Shown one piece after another: positions 41,666 through 54,476 of a stretch of 64,000 bases of DNA (its first letter is position 1; every line of letters begins with the position of its first letter). A program made the translations under genes and the position numbers. This DNA comes from Spironucleus salmonicida (taxonomy: Eukaryota), in the NCBI RefSeq assembly GCF_000497125.1, contig NC_090598.1:1736001-1800000 (forward strand). The letters run 5' to 3'. The notes beneath the pieces were generated by a model, which did not search any database, had not been told where the DNA came from, and worked only from the letters and a program-made list of their open reading frames with translations.

Positions 41666-42028
41666 TCAAAGTACTTACTTGTTTGACACTTTAGCTTCTT
41701 TATCTTATAAAAATTCTACTAAAGAATCATTACTATTGAGTGAGAACTTTCTCCATTTTTTGGCCTTCTTGTTGTAGTTTTTTTGTTAAAAAGATTGCTA
41801 TTGAAGATTTATATCATTGTTGAATAACTAAGCTATTGCTATTTTGTGTATAATATTTCTTTAAAGCGATTTAGGATAATTATTAAATAGCATATCAGTT
41901 TAGTCGTAAAATTATGTCATCGTACAATTTATTGGTTTTTATATAAGCATTCGTTCGTACCTTTTATTAAGAAAATTCATCTATTCGTGCCATGAGTAAA
42001 TTGAAAGTTTATCTGCTATCTACTTCAT
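41666..42028 (-). CDS. small hypothetical protein (120 aa), probable paralogue of 44947..45306
   Basis: MKQIADKLSIYSWHEQMNFL...KKWRKFSLNSNDSLVEFLQD. Confidence 0.6.
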
Positions 42029-42158
42029 TGTCTAAAGGGAATTAATAAATTAATATATATATTGTACATTTGTAGTTTTGAGATATAGTTATAATAAATA
42101 TTATAATAGATAATTACTTAATTATATTACTCAACAGTAAAAAATCAAATACACTAGA

Positions 42159-42887
42159 ATGGTATTATAGGAAACGTTTTGTGATCGATATTTGCGGAAA
42201 ATGCCCTCCTCAGTTCGGTTTGATTATGGTTAAGAAAAGAATCCAGGTCCCGGATAGTACAATCCAAATTAATCAAGTATAATTAAAAATAGTCCTGCCT
42301 TTACTATGAAAGGTAATGGAGTCCCCGATCTTAATAAGGAGTAAAAACCTGGGCCTGGAACATATGAACCTTCAGTAGCGTATATAAAACCGAAAAGTAA
42401 TTCGTTTACCTTAGCTTCAAGACATGGTAATGGGTTTCGAAATGATAACCCTGGACCAGCGACTTACGACTAAAACACTAGTTCAATTAGTAAAAAAGCA
42501 CCAGTTTATACTCTTGCCTCTAGACATACCAGAGATAAACCCCAATAAACACCTGGACCCAATGTATATAATAAAGCAGAGTCAGTTTATTCGATAACGC
42601 GGTAAGAGCCTTCTTTTAGTATGTCATCACGCCATTAATAGTTTGCTATATAGAAGGAGAAAAATTAAGTTCCAGGGCCTAATTTATATAATCCAGCAGA
42701 TTGTACTAAAAATATACGATCAAAAGCGCCATCATACTCATTTGGTATTAAGAATATGTATGATCATGAAAAAGGCATCAAATCCAACCCAGGTCCTAAT
42801 GCTTATTAAGGAAATATGTAAGGCATGAAACATGATATTGGATAAACCCTTAGTTCAAGATTTCATAGAGGGTGGCGAACAGAGTGA
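42159..42887 (+). CDS. SHIPPO/STPG (PGPGxY)-repeat protein, paralogue 1
   Basis: Repeats NPGPGQY, KPGPGTY, NPGPATY, TPGPNVY, VPGPNLY, NPGPNAY; alternative start at 42201. Confidence 0.9.
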
Positions 42888-43587
42888 TCATTTATTTATA
42901 TTAGGAAGTAAATACGATATGCGTTTAACGCTATAATTAAAATCGAATAACAACCCATTGAATTAAAAATGGTATGTGTAGTTGGTATAACAAGTTAAAT
43001 TGTACTGCACTGGTTGTAATAGAATTTACAAAGTATCAAAATATTTTAATTTCTACAAAATATAATAATTTTATAGAACTTTATAATTATCTCATGTAGT
43101 GATGCTTAGATTAATGAATTATCCATTTTTTTCAAACATATATGAATTACAATAAAAAATGTTAAGATAAGTATAAGATAACAATTAATATTAAATTTCT
43201 GTCTTCACTAGCCCTATAAACGTAGACATATTATTCAAACTTTATATTCAGTAAAATAAATTTATATGTAATTATCATATTATTTAGAAAATAATAAATA
43301 ATACTCTTAGTTATAAATCATATTATGATTTTATTTATTACGACTTTCTTATTTTACACATTTGAATTAATGATTAATAACATCTGGTAATATTAGTGTC
43401 AACCTTACCTGAATACTTAGAAAAAGTAACAATGCTAAAAATATATTATAAATATATAATAAATAGCTTTAATTAAAATTAGCAACAATTTTATGATGTA
43501 CAAAAAATCAGTTTTAATGTAAAAACTGATTTATTTTACTTAAAAATATTAATATATATAATAAACTCATAACTTTAAATTCAAAAA

Positions 43588-44229
43588 ATGCACAGATTTG
43601 ATTATGGCGGTGAAAAGATCCCTGGGCCTGGAGCATATACACCTAAAACTGAGTTTACATCTAGATAAGCTCCAATTTATACACTTAAAGGTAGATCTGG
43701 GTCAAATAAAAATAATACTAATCCAGGTCCTGGAGCATATAATCGTGATGAAAAATTTACCAAAACAGAGGCACCTTCATACTCTATGGCATCAAGAACT
43801 AATATTTTAAATAAAAATGCTAATCCTGGTCCAGGTTAATACAATCCTGACTCAAGACCTATTACATAGTCTGCTCCAAGATTTACCTTAGCAGATCGTC
43901 ATAGAAGTAATTTAAAAAATAATAACCCTGGACCTAATCATTATAACAGAGAAAAAATTGACCTATCAAGAACTGCCCCAAAATATACTTTGTCATCAAG
44001 ATATTAAAATGAGTCTAGCACTAAAATGAAGAATCCAGGTCCCGGGGCGTATAACCCAGATATGGCTATCACCTACAAAAAGGCACCTTCGTCTACATTA
44101 GGCGGTAGACATATTGATGTTCACAAGAATCTTAATCCTGGCCCAGGAACTTACGATAATCATCGTTTAGATTCAGGTAAAAGTATTTCAATGTCAGGTA
44201 GATTCCACCGTGGTTGGAGAATGGAATGA
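43588..44229 (+). CDS. SHIPPO/STPG (PGPGxY)-repeat protein, paralogue 2
   Basis: IPGPGAY, NPGPGAY, NPGPGQY, NPGPNHY, NPGPGAY, NPGPGTY. Confidence 0.92.
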
Positions 44230-44278
44230 ATTATTAAATACTTTTTATTTATTATATTATTATAGCTAGTTTCTTAAA

Positions 44279-44941
44279 ATGAAATAATTAAAGGTTTTAA
44301 CGTTTAAAGGATAAACATCATTTTATTATAAGGTAAACAAGCCAGTGAAAGAAGCTGATCCAAAATTATTTTGGTAAGGACCCACAATCCCATTTGGATA
44401 TTTAGAAAGATCCTCATCACCTTAAAAATCACCTTAAAAATAAAACCGTAATAAAATTGTCAATAAATCAGCATTATAATTATAAATAGATGTAGCCAAA
44501 TAACTTATTACTTCCTTGACGCCTTAAAAGTAAGTTCATAAGTATCAAGTGCCTGGGTAAAAATAGTAATATTCAGATTAATAAAAAAGTTATATAGATT
44601 AAAATTTCTGCAAACTTATGCAGAAAACAGCATAAGTTTACTCTAGAAAACCTATAATTGATGATGATAAGCAATACAAGCATTTATAGTATAACAATGA
44701 GTATATTAATGAATTTTATAATTTGGATTTTAAATAAAGAAATGCAACTGATTTAAGTTTATAAAGTGAAATAAATACGCTCAAGATCAATATTTAGACA
44801 TCTAAGAATCAAATTTTATAGTTGTTAACTAAATATTACGCAATAGAGTAGTTTCTAAAACAAAAAGTAGTAATAAAAATAGAAATTTTAGAAAGCAAAA
44901 ACAAATTGAATTATTCATAATCACTATCTCTTAGAAAATGA
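44279..44941 (+). CDS. hypothetical protein (220 aa)
   Basis: MKQLKVLTFKG...FWQGPTIPFGY...SLSLRK-TGA. Confidence 0.72.
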
Positions 44942-44946
44942 ATAAG

Positions 44947-45306
44947 TCACTTTGTAATTAATTTTTAATTATTTTTTAGAAATTCTATTAAATCCTGCTA
45001 TTTTGTACTTTAAGTATCAGGATTTCGCCAAATTCGTCTAGATTATTATGTTTAAGGTTCTTATTTTCTGTGATTATTTTTTGTCTTTTTTCGTTGAAGC
45101 TCATTCTAGTGTACTTATTATTACACTTACTATTTTAATGTTAGAGGTTTAATATTTAACATTTAATTCTTTTCTAGTTAGCATGCCAGTGACGCTAATT
45201 AGTCAATGCTACACTTAATTACTGGCATATGCATTGTGAATTCCATATAATTTTCTAAATAATCTATCTAAAGTGGAATGGAATAAAACCGCCATTTATG
45301 ACTCAT
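44947..45306 (-). CDS. small hypothetical protein (119 aa), probable paralogue of 41666..42028
   Basis: MSHKWRFYSIPLQIDYL...RIWRNPDTQSTKQQDLIEFLKN; ends AGTGA. Confidence 0.68.
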
Positions 45307-45871
45307 TTTTAATTACTGGTATCAGTCTTAAGTATAAAAATAAGGTTAAATAAATTTAGAATGATTTTCATATATTAATTTAATAACAGTATTATAAGAA
45401 TATTTTCAATCTAAGCTTGATAAACCTTTTAAATTTGTATAGGCCTTTTTACATTTTTACAAAAACAAAAATGTAAATTAGTAAGTCAATACAAGCTGTT
45501 TAGTCTTGTCTGACAATAATATATTAATAATTTATAAAAATAAATAAACTATAATTCTCAAATTGGTTTTTCTACTGTTGCTAAATCGTGCATAAATAAG
45601 TAATTTGAGTTTCGATATTTTAAAAATTAATTCCTTTTAAAAATATGAAGCCATCTACATTTCAATTATTATTTTATTATCTAAAATGCCAATTACATTG
45701 TTAGGATAAAATAAACGTTAGTATAGTGAAAACAAAAGATAGAAATAAAATAATATTCCTTTCGTCCATATTTCATGGATCTAATAACATATCTATTCTA
45801 ATAGATAATACATATTGTCATACATATACCTAAAATTATCAAATTATTATTAAGCTTAGAGCTACACTGCC

Positions 45872-48800
45872 TCACTCATCTACAAAATCTTCATCTTTAA
45901 ATCCAATAGGCAATTCATTCTCTTATGATCCCTCTTCGTCTTCAAAATTCTCTTCACCACCAATACCCAATAAATTAATTTCCCCTGCTTCTTCCTCTGC
46001 AAACTGATTTTCAATCTTAGCTCTAGCTTCTTCTGCTGTAGCTTTGGCCTATGCGCGTTTCTCTTGAACATCCTTCATTTATTTTACAGCATTAACATCC
46101 TCCCATTCATCATCAATTCCATCTTTAACTGGCATATTTGGGTATGTAATTCTTTCTTTTTCGAGAGCTGCCTATTTGAGCTTCTTGAAATTTTCTTTTC
46201 CTGTAGATTTAGCTAGTTAAAACAAGGTTCCACCGGCTCTTAAAAGATTTGCTGCTGTGTCAAACTCAGCAATCATACCAGCATCCATAACTAGAATTTT
46301 GTCAAATGAGATTACTGTATTTAGACGGTGTGCGATCGAAAACATTATTCTATCATCTAGTTATTCTCTTACAATATCTTAGACCAACTAATCGGTAGCT
46401 TTATCAACTTAGGAAGTGGCTTCATCCATTACTACAGTAAAAGATTTTGCTATCAACGTTGATGCAAAGATAATTAGTTATTTTTGTCCAGAAGAAAGAT
46501 TTGAAGCATTTGAAAAGATTTTCGAATCTAGTCCTCCAGGCTATTTTCTAAAGTATTAGCCTAATGTAACTCTATCTAAAGTTTCCCAAATATATGCGTC
46601 TGTCATTTTTTCATACTCATCTGACGTAAGACCTTCTACTTCTAATTCAGCTGCTTTATCTAAAGCTGTACGTAAAGTACCTGAAAATATATATGGATCT
46701 TACGGAACGATCGCTAGACCCTTTCTAGATGAATGGAGACCAATATCATCTAAAATATTTACACCATCAAATACAATTTTACTACCTTCGTCTGGAGCAT
46801 TTACTCTAAAGAACGCCATTGTTAAAGTTGATTTAGAGCAACCTGTTCTACCTACAATACCAATATGTTCATAAGGTGCTACTGTAAAATTTAACCCTTT
46901 TAATACTTATGGAAGTTCTGGTCTATATCTAAAATATAAATTTTTAACTTCAATAGATCCTCCTTTTTTGGGCCATTCTGGAGAAATTTCTCTGGCAGTC
47001 TTGTACTTTCCTTCACGTGGTAAACTAACATATTCTAAAACACTCTCAATAGAAACACCTTCTGCTTCCACTTATACAAATGATAAGATTAATTGAATGA
47101 GTGGTTACATAATACCAAAAGATTAGGATACCGATACTGACGCAAATATATTTAAAAATGTTATGTTTAATAAAGATGAAGAAACAATAGCAGAAACACA
47201 TACACCTGTACTTACAAAGCAACCTATTAAATTCATCCTAAATGTGAGCCACCTCACACCACATTACGCTGGCCACATCGCTTAAACATTAGTATCATTC
47301 TTTTCTCGATAAATTTTGCTAAACACATCTTAATATTCTATAGAGCGAATTACTGATAAACTTCGCATCGTTTCATTTGATTATGAAATAATTGGGCCTT
47401 TAAAAACTAAATCTATTTTCTTTAGTGCAGGGGTGACTATTCTAAATGCCTAAAATATTTTATAATATATGATAAACACAGGAATAATAACAATAGCAGA
47501 CAACCAGTTAATACTAATTATAGTCATAAGTGTTAGAATTCCGATAAAGCTAACAAACACTTAGATAAATTGTTACATTAACTAAACATCAATGGCTTCT
47601 GTATCTTTTGTGAATTTTCCTATGATTGTTCCATTTGGGGTAATATCAAAGAAAGCAAGTTTCGTTCTAATAATAGATCTAGTCATTTCTTAATACATTC
47701 GCTTCGATGCATTAATCGCCACTATCATGAAAGTAAACAAAGCGAAAAAATTAAGAAATATAGTAGCACCAGTTAATCCGACATAAACATACATATAAAT
47801 GTCATTATTCTATAGTTTAAAAGTGTCAGTTGTCCATAATGCAATAAATAAATTTAAGAAAATTTTACCTAAAAATGCGAAAAGAAGCATAATAATAAAG
47901 GAAATGGTACCACAATTTCCACCATATTTAAAATATTTTTTATAGCTTTCAAACTTTACTTTTTATGCCGGGGCCATCATAAGTCTTTTTGTCTAATCTA
48001 CTGATGGCTCGATTGATTTAATCTTAAATTAAACAAAATCATCTATCTTAAATGTAAGTTTATCTTTTCGCTTTTTAACTACTAGACAATTTTTATTTTC
48101 TACAGGTTCTTGCATTGTGCTTCCACCAACTTCAGACCACTCTTCACCCATAGCAGCTGTATTTCCAGCATAGACTTATAATAGATCTGGTGAACCATCA
48201 AATAATATCATACCATTTTCTAGATATAATATTCTATCACAATCTCCAAAAAATTAAGTCTAATGAGTTGATATCATTACAGTTATGCCTTTAAATCTAC
48301 AATAACCACATATCATATTTTACCATAAACATTTAGCAACAAACGCATCAACTGCTGCCAATGGATCATCTAAAAATAACAAATCTGGTTCATAGTATAA
48401 TGCTCTAGCTAAAGCAACTCTAGCCTTTTAACCACCGGATAAGCCGACCCCATCAAAGCCAACGGTAAACTAATCTCCTTCTGGCCATTCATCTAAATCA
48501 GTTAGAAGACAACACAAACTACATATAGTTTAATATTTAATTTCATCAAATTCTTAAAAAAATACTATATTGTGTTTGATTGTTCCTGCAAAAATAATAG
48601 GGGATTGCGTATAATATGCGACTCTTTTTGCATTCATTTATATTTTAGGGATTGGAATTTCCTCTTCTTGTTCTTCATGAACTGAGGATGAACTAGAATC
48701 ATCCTCATTTTTCTTTACTGTAGTATCAATTTTAAATTTTTTGTCCTCTTTTTTAACTAGTGTGCTAAGATCAAAATGTGGATCAACAAAATTATAAGAA

Positions 48801-51055
48801 CTCGCATCATAATACCTTAATATCATATCATTTAGTTTAATATTAGCTCTTTAAATTCTTTCAAGTCGTAATTCTCCGAGTAATGATTAAAATAAAGTAG
48901 ATTTTCCAGCACCAACTGATCCACAGATACCAATTATTTCCCCTTTTGCTACATTAAGCTCTAAATCTTTGAGAGAGCATTACAAATCGTCTAATGCTTA
49001 CACTATTTTTAATTTGAACCTTTGATAATAAGGTTATATTATCCGGAGATTAATAAACATTCTCTTAAGAAAATCTAAATCTGAGTCGAACTCAAATCTT
49101 CTTGATAATTTCATTTCGTCATACAATGATAGATTTTCTACTTTTGAAATTGGGAGTATATCAATTTCTAGACACCAATAGTCTAATAGGGTGGCTACAA
49201 GTTCATGAGAAATGCGTTTTTATTTTACTTTTTCTAAATCTCCACGCTTCCTTCTTTACAAAAATGTAAGATGGTCACCTCGTATTATTTTGAATCCATT
49301 ATTGTCTACATTCCTAAAATAATCATAACAAGGTCCACGCTTTAAAATCTCTACATCAGAAGAAATAGCCATAAACGCCTCAGATTTTTTATTTGAGTTG
49401 TACATATCCATAAATGTTTCATATGCAGCATTGTAAATATCTACCACTTAATCATAACCTCTTATAATTCTTTGTATCTTATCTCTATGTAATGCAAAAT
49501 CAGTATCTAAAACTGGAGGTATAATTAGATCATCAGAAATAGCATATGTAAATGAAGGAACATTTCTAATATAAATCATCGGTTCATCAGTGATGTCATT
49601 AACCACATTATTATCATTGTTGGCTCTCGTAAATGCAAAAAGTGATTCAGATTACAATATATTTGTTCCATCATCATCAGAATCATCATCCTTTAACTAG
49701 TTATTATCATAGTTTTAGTCTTATCTATGCTTCCATGTTATACAACCTTAATCAATTTCTGGCATAGATAAAAAAGCCTTAAGTCTTTGACCGCAGACTC
49801 TCGCCTCTAAGAAACTTGAGAACATAACAGGAAGTTATAACAATATATTATTTAGAAATTCATATAGATAAATAACTGTAAATATATTAGACGCAATAAA
49901 AGAAATAGTTGGTTTAGTTTTAGTACCGAATTTGTATATTATAGAGAAAGTTGCTGCATTCATAACAAGTGAAGCAGCAGTACTTAAAAAATTAATACCT
50001 ATAATGACTAAACCATATTTTTTTAAAATAATTAGTTCCTTTTTCCTAATATTTGCAAGCTTTTGTTCAGTAACCAATTCAGTCCTAAAATATTTAATCA
50101 TTTTCATACCCTATAAAACTTCTTATACCTTACCAACTCTAGCATCACGATATCCCATAAGTACTCGTTGTGCTGTAACATTTTTGTTACTTACCATAAT
50201 TATTATTGGCAAAAATATACAAACAATTCCAATACCTATAAGAGAAAATAACCTAATTTAAACAATTAAATAGATAATAATAAATAAAGCTTAAAGAGTA
50301 TATAACAGTAAAAATGGTAAAGACTATATCGTTGCTTGTATTCTAAAACTATCAGTAAATAATAAATTAGTAACATCTCTGATTTAAGAATTATTGGCCT
50401 TAATTCTTAGAAGCTTCATATATAAAACATCTTGAAGAGCCTAAAATCCTTATGTTCCAATTTTAAATGCAATAGTTAACACAATAGAATCAAGGAAGCA
50501 ATAAAGCAGCTAAACTACGAATAAAATACCACAAAGTATATAGCCAAATGTTGAACTAAGTGTGAATGGTATATTGGAAGCATTCTTAGGAGTTTCTATA
50601 ATTTATATTAAAAACTAAATCATAATAGGCGCTACAATAGAAGATGCAAATAATAAAGGAAATAATAAGAATACCATAGCTTAGTGGTTCATAAATGCGT
50701 TATATATTGTATTCATAATTTCTGGTAACTCATCTTTCTTTTTTGTCATGTAATCCCATCGTTTCCTATTCCATTCTAAAGCAAATGCCTAACCACACTT
50801 TTAACATTGCATATCTGGATGGGGTACATGTAAGTCATAAGGAGTTAGATTTTTATTATTAACTGCCTTTTTAATAATAGGATTAAGCCATGAAAACGTA
50901 TAACGACCAACTGGATTGACGAGACTTTCTAAAGGTATATTTGCAGATTGATTTGGTTCCCTCTGTTATTATTAATTTTAGTCTTCTTACTAGTCAGTAT
51001 CCGAACTAAACATAATAGGTGCTAATTCTTTAGTTGCTTTCCTGAGTCTAGCCAT
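45872..51055 (-). CDS. full-length ABCC/MRP-family ABC transporter (1727 aa)
   Basis: YTFSWLNP lasso; NBD1 [30 protein letters not shown]2 [37 protein letters not shown]. Confidence 0.95.
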
Positions 51056-51150
51056 TTTATTTTAAAATCATATATTAGAATTATTTTCTAATATATATCA
51101 TTCTTATTTTTCACACTAACTTTAAATAATATTATATATATTAAAATATA

Positions 51151-52944
51151 TCACTGATCAATTTACTTTATTTCTATTTCTAATTTTCCAGTAGTCAATA
51201 GTGTTTATTTTTATTAATTATAAAAATCATTTATTAACAACTCAACCTTTTCTATATGCGTACTTTATTCTTCCAATATCTAAAATAACTAAATAGTAAA
51301 TAATTAATTCGAAAATTCCATGTTTTGCTGATAGTTGAATTATAATTTTTCGTTAAATTCAATACACAAAATTCCAGCAGAAGGTAATTTACTCTATGAT
51401 ACAAAAACTTAATCCATAATGTTTATCTAAACATAATATTCATACTCTGTACTTAGAGTTTCTGATAAGTCAATAATATCCGATAGAATAATTTAATACT
51501 TTTAGAAAATAAGTTTTAGGTCTTGAATTTGATCTGAAGCCGATTCATCTTAAGTTTTATAATCGATCTTTAATGTATCTTCTTTCACACATTCTAGCTC
51601 ACTTGAATTTAGTTTTATTTCTTATGACTCGGCCTTACTTTCATCTTTTAATCTAGTAACTAATTCTTAGTGTTTCATATTTTCTGTTGCCTATAATGCC
51701 GAATTTAGCTAAATTTGACGCAATATAAGAGGTATTTCTTATCTTTAAAATGGCATTTATAGTATATTATCGTATGAGTTTCTCATTAATTTATTTTATG
51801 TTTCTACTTCAATGAGCTAAGTCTTTAACTTCATAGTTTATTCATGTGCAGTTAAATTTTAAATTTTAAGTTCTGAAATATAATCTAAAGCTTTCTCTAA
51901 TTCAATAGCTAAAGTCTCATAGCGGGCTTTGGCTCGCTATTTTGCAGTTGAAAATAATGCTATTTATGCATTTAGTTCATTTTACTGTTTAACTTGTTAT
52001 TATTTAATATCGAATAATGTTTCTTTATCTTTAAGTTATTCCTATAAGTAGAATGTATTCTTACTAGTCAAATCTTTTATTTCTAATTTATATATTTATT
52101 TTTGTTGATTATGGAGTTAAATTACTTCTTTTTGGTAGTTTTAATGGTTAATTTGGTGTTTTTAGTCTATTTTAGTAATATTTTCATTAGATTTTTCTTA
52201 TTACTGTTGTAATTTTGCTTTATATTCACTTTAATTTTAATTTAGCTATGACACAGTATCAAGAAGTTTATCCTTCACAAAATCGATTTCAGACTGCATC
52301 TTTTCAATATTTTCATTTGAATTAGCATACTAAATAACCATAAGTTGTTCTTCATAAGTCTTTATTTTTTCCTTATAATTAGAAATTTCACCATGAAGCC
52401 TAGCTATTTATATTTTTTATTCACTTGAATTGCTTTAAATTTAATATTAATATGTTTAGATTTATTATAATAATTATGTATTTTCGTCTGCAACTGACTT
52501 TGCTAATAATTTAAGTTATTCAAAATCATCCTTAGAATTAAAAATATCATTATAAGGTATAAATTATTGCTATTAAACAGGTTATTAAATCGTAAGTTAT
52601 TACTTAAGATATGAATTTTCAGATTATGCTTTCTAAATTGTTTGAAACATATTTTCATTGTCTTTCGTTAATACTTCAAATTTCTATTTTAATTCAGAAT
52701 ACTATGATTGAATTTTGTGTTTATCTTATACTTCTGAATAAATTTATTATTAAAATTCTTATTGTAAAGATTAAACTGGAGTTGTGGATTTAGTTTATAA
52801 AATTTATTATTTACACAACTAAATTTCCTATATTTATTGGTTATATTTAGCTAATATAGATAAAAGCATGATTTTTAATGACTAATTTTATAGTTCTATA
52901 TCATCAGGTAAAGTTGAAGTTAAGGCTTCCATAGAAATTTCCAT
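51151..52944 (-). CDS. long coiled-coil protein (597 aa)
   Basis: MEISMEALTSTLPDD...; E/Q/K heptads; ends AGTGA. Confidence 0.78.
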
Positions 52945-53232
52945 TTAATTTGTATCATTATCATGGTATAATATCTATAATATATAGTTTTAAAAAATAA
53001 TTAATATCGTGAAAACTATCTTTGCTCAAAGATTTCGTCTGAGAATTTATTGCAGTAATTAGCCAAAAAAATATGATGGCAAAGTTAAAACTTCATATTT
53101 AGATCTTAAAAAATAGTTTGAGTTAGAGCCTTGGCAGTCCATATCTAGTATTAAATATGTATAATAATTAATATTATGATGTTTAAACGAAATTAGCGTA
53201 TGATTCTTTTTTACTTTTCCATTCCTTTTGTC

Positions 53233-53808
53233 ATGGACTCCAAGAATTTTAAGTTATTTGGTAAGTACGAAACCACCGGTGTAGTCTGCGAAGATGACTC
53301 TATCAGCAGATATGTTTCTATTGATAATCACTCCACTGTTGCTCACTCTGCTGGTAAGTGGCACGCTGTTCGTTTCAGAAAAGGTTCCTGCCCCATCGTT
53401 GAACGTCTTGCTAACACCCTTATGATGCACGGCCGTAACTCCGGTAAGAAACTCATGGCTAACAGGCACATTGAATAAGCTTTCGAGCTTATCAACCTTC
53501 AGACTGGTCTTAACCCCGTTCAGGTCCTCGTTGATGCTATCAAGAATGCCGTTGTTCGTGAAGACTCCTGCCGTATTGGTAAGGGTGGTCAGATAAGACG
53601 TCAGGCTGTCGATGTTGCTCCTCTCCGTCGTGTCAATCAGGCTCTTTTCTATCTTGGTTTAGGTGCCCGTAGACAGTCCATGAGAAAGATCAAAACTTTT
53701 GCTGAATGCTTAGCTGACGAAATAACTGCTGCCTCATAGTCTGCTGATAAGTCTTATGCCGTTTAAAAGCGTAACGAAATTGAGCGTGTTGCCGTTTCCA
53801 ACAGATGA
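53233..53808 (+). CDS. RPS5: 40S ribosomal protein S5 (uS7)
   Basis: [71 protein letters not shown]; in-frame TAA/TAG read as Gln. Confidence 0.98.
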
Positions 53809-53853
53809 TTAATTTTAATTAGTTTGATTAATTTTTTAAGTAATAAATTTTAT

Positions 53854-54372
53854 TCACATCGCTATACATCTTTTCTTCCTATTAATTACCTGTTATTCAA
53901 TCGCTTTATCTCCTAATATGTTAATAGCTAATTTCAAATCTATGTCTGTATATTAGTAATTTTAGTTAAGTTTCAAATCTGCACATGGAGTTTCATCATA
54001 ACTCTCTAATATTATTATTATATGATATAAATATTATATGAGTTCAAAATAATTATCGTCGGTAAAGTTTAATCGAACAAATTTTTCTGTAAATTATGAA
54101 AAATTTGATAATGTTTAAGATACTTATATAAAATCATCCAAGTTAAAATATAATGAAGTAAATTGTACTTCTTTTCTAGGATATAAATTTGGTAGTAATT
54201 AGAGCAACTGAGATACCAATTCGTTCGTCAAAAAGTCAAAAACAGATTCATTATCTAATTTATGCTATATATTACTACAGTATGTATATTGTAGTTATTT
54301 TAAGTAAAAGATTAATCTCTCATTCATACTTAAAAGTAAAATTGTATCTTGGTTTATTTAGAGTTATGACAT
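53854..54372 (-). CDS. hypothetical protein (172 aa)
   Basis: MSQLQINQDTILLLSMNERLIFYL...RKKRCIAM-TGA; alternative start at 54327. Confidence 0.65.
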
Positions 54373-54476
54373 TTAGTAGTTTGAATATAATTATTCATAT
54401 CATATATATTTAATAATAATAGTTAATAATAATCTATAATTAATATATTATATATTATTAACGTGAAGTGTAAATT

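Noticed and set aside
42969-42977. ATG immediately followed by GTATGT (diplomonad-like 5' splice site; possible cis- or trans-intron)
   Set aside because: No ACTAAC branch point or 3' splice site was found downstream, and one hexamer is expected by chance.
51151-52944. Mad1-like or RING-type identity for the coiled-coil protein
   Set aside because: No RLK motif, no Mad1 C-terminal motif and no in-frame Cys pattern.
53070-53106. SECIS-like ATGA...AAAA...GA
   Set aside because: Spacing and helix II pairing do not fit, and there is no upstream + strand gene.
54038-54211. + strand ORF whose TGA might be read through as Sec
   Set aside because: No redox motif or SECIS; the region is better explained by the - strand ORF 53854..54372.
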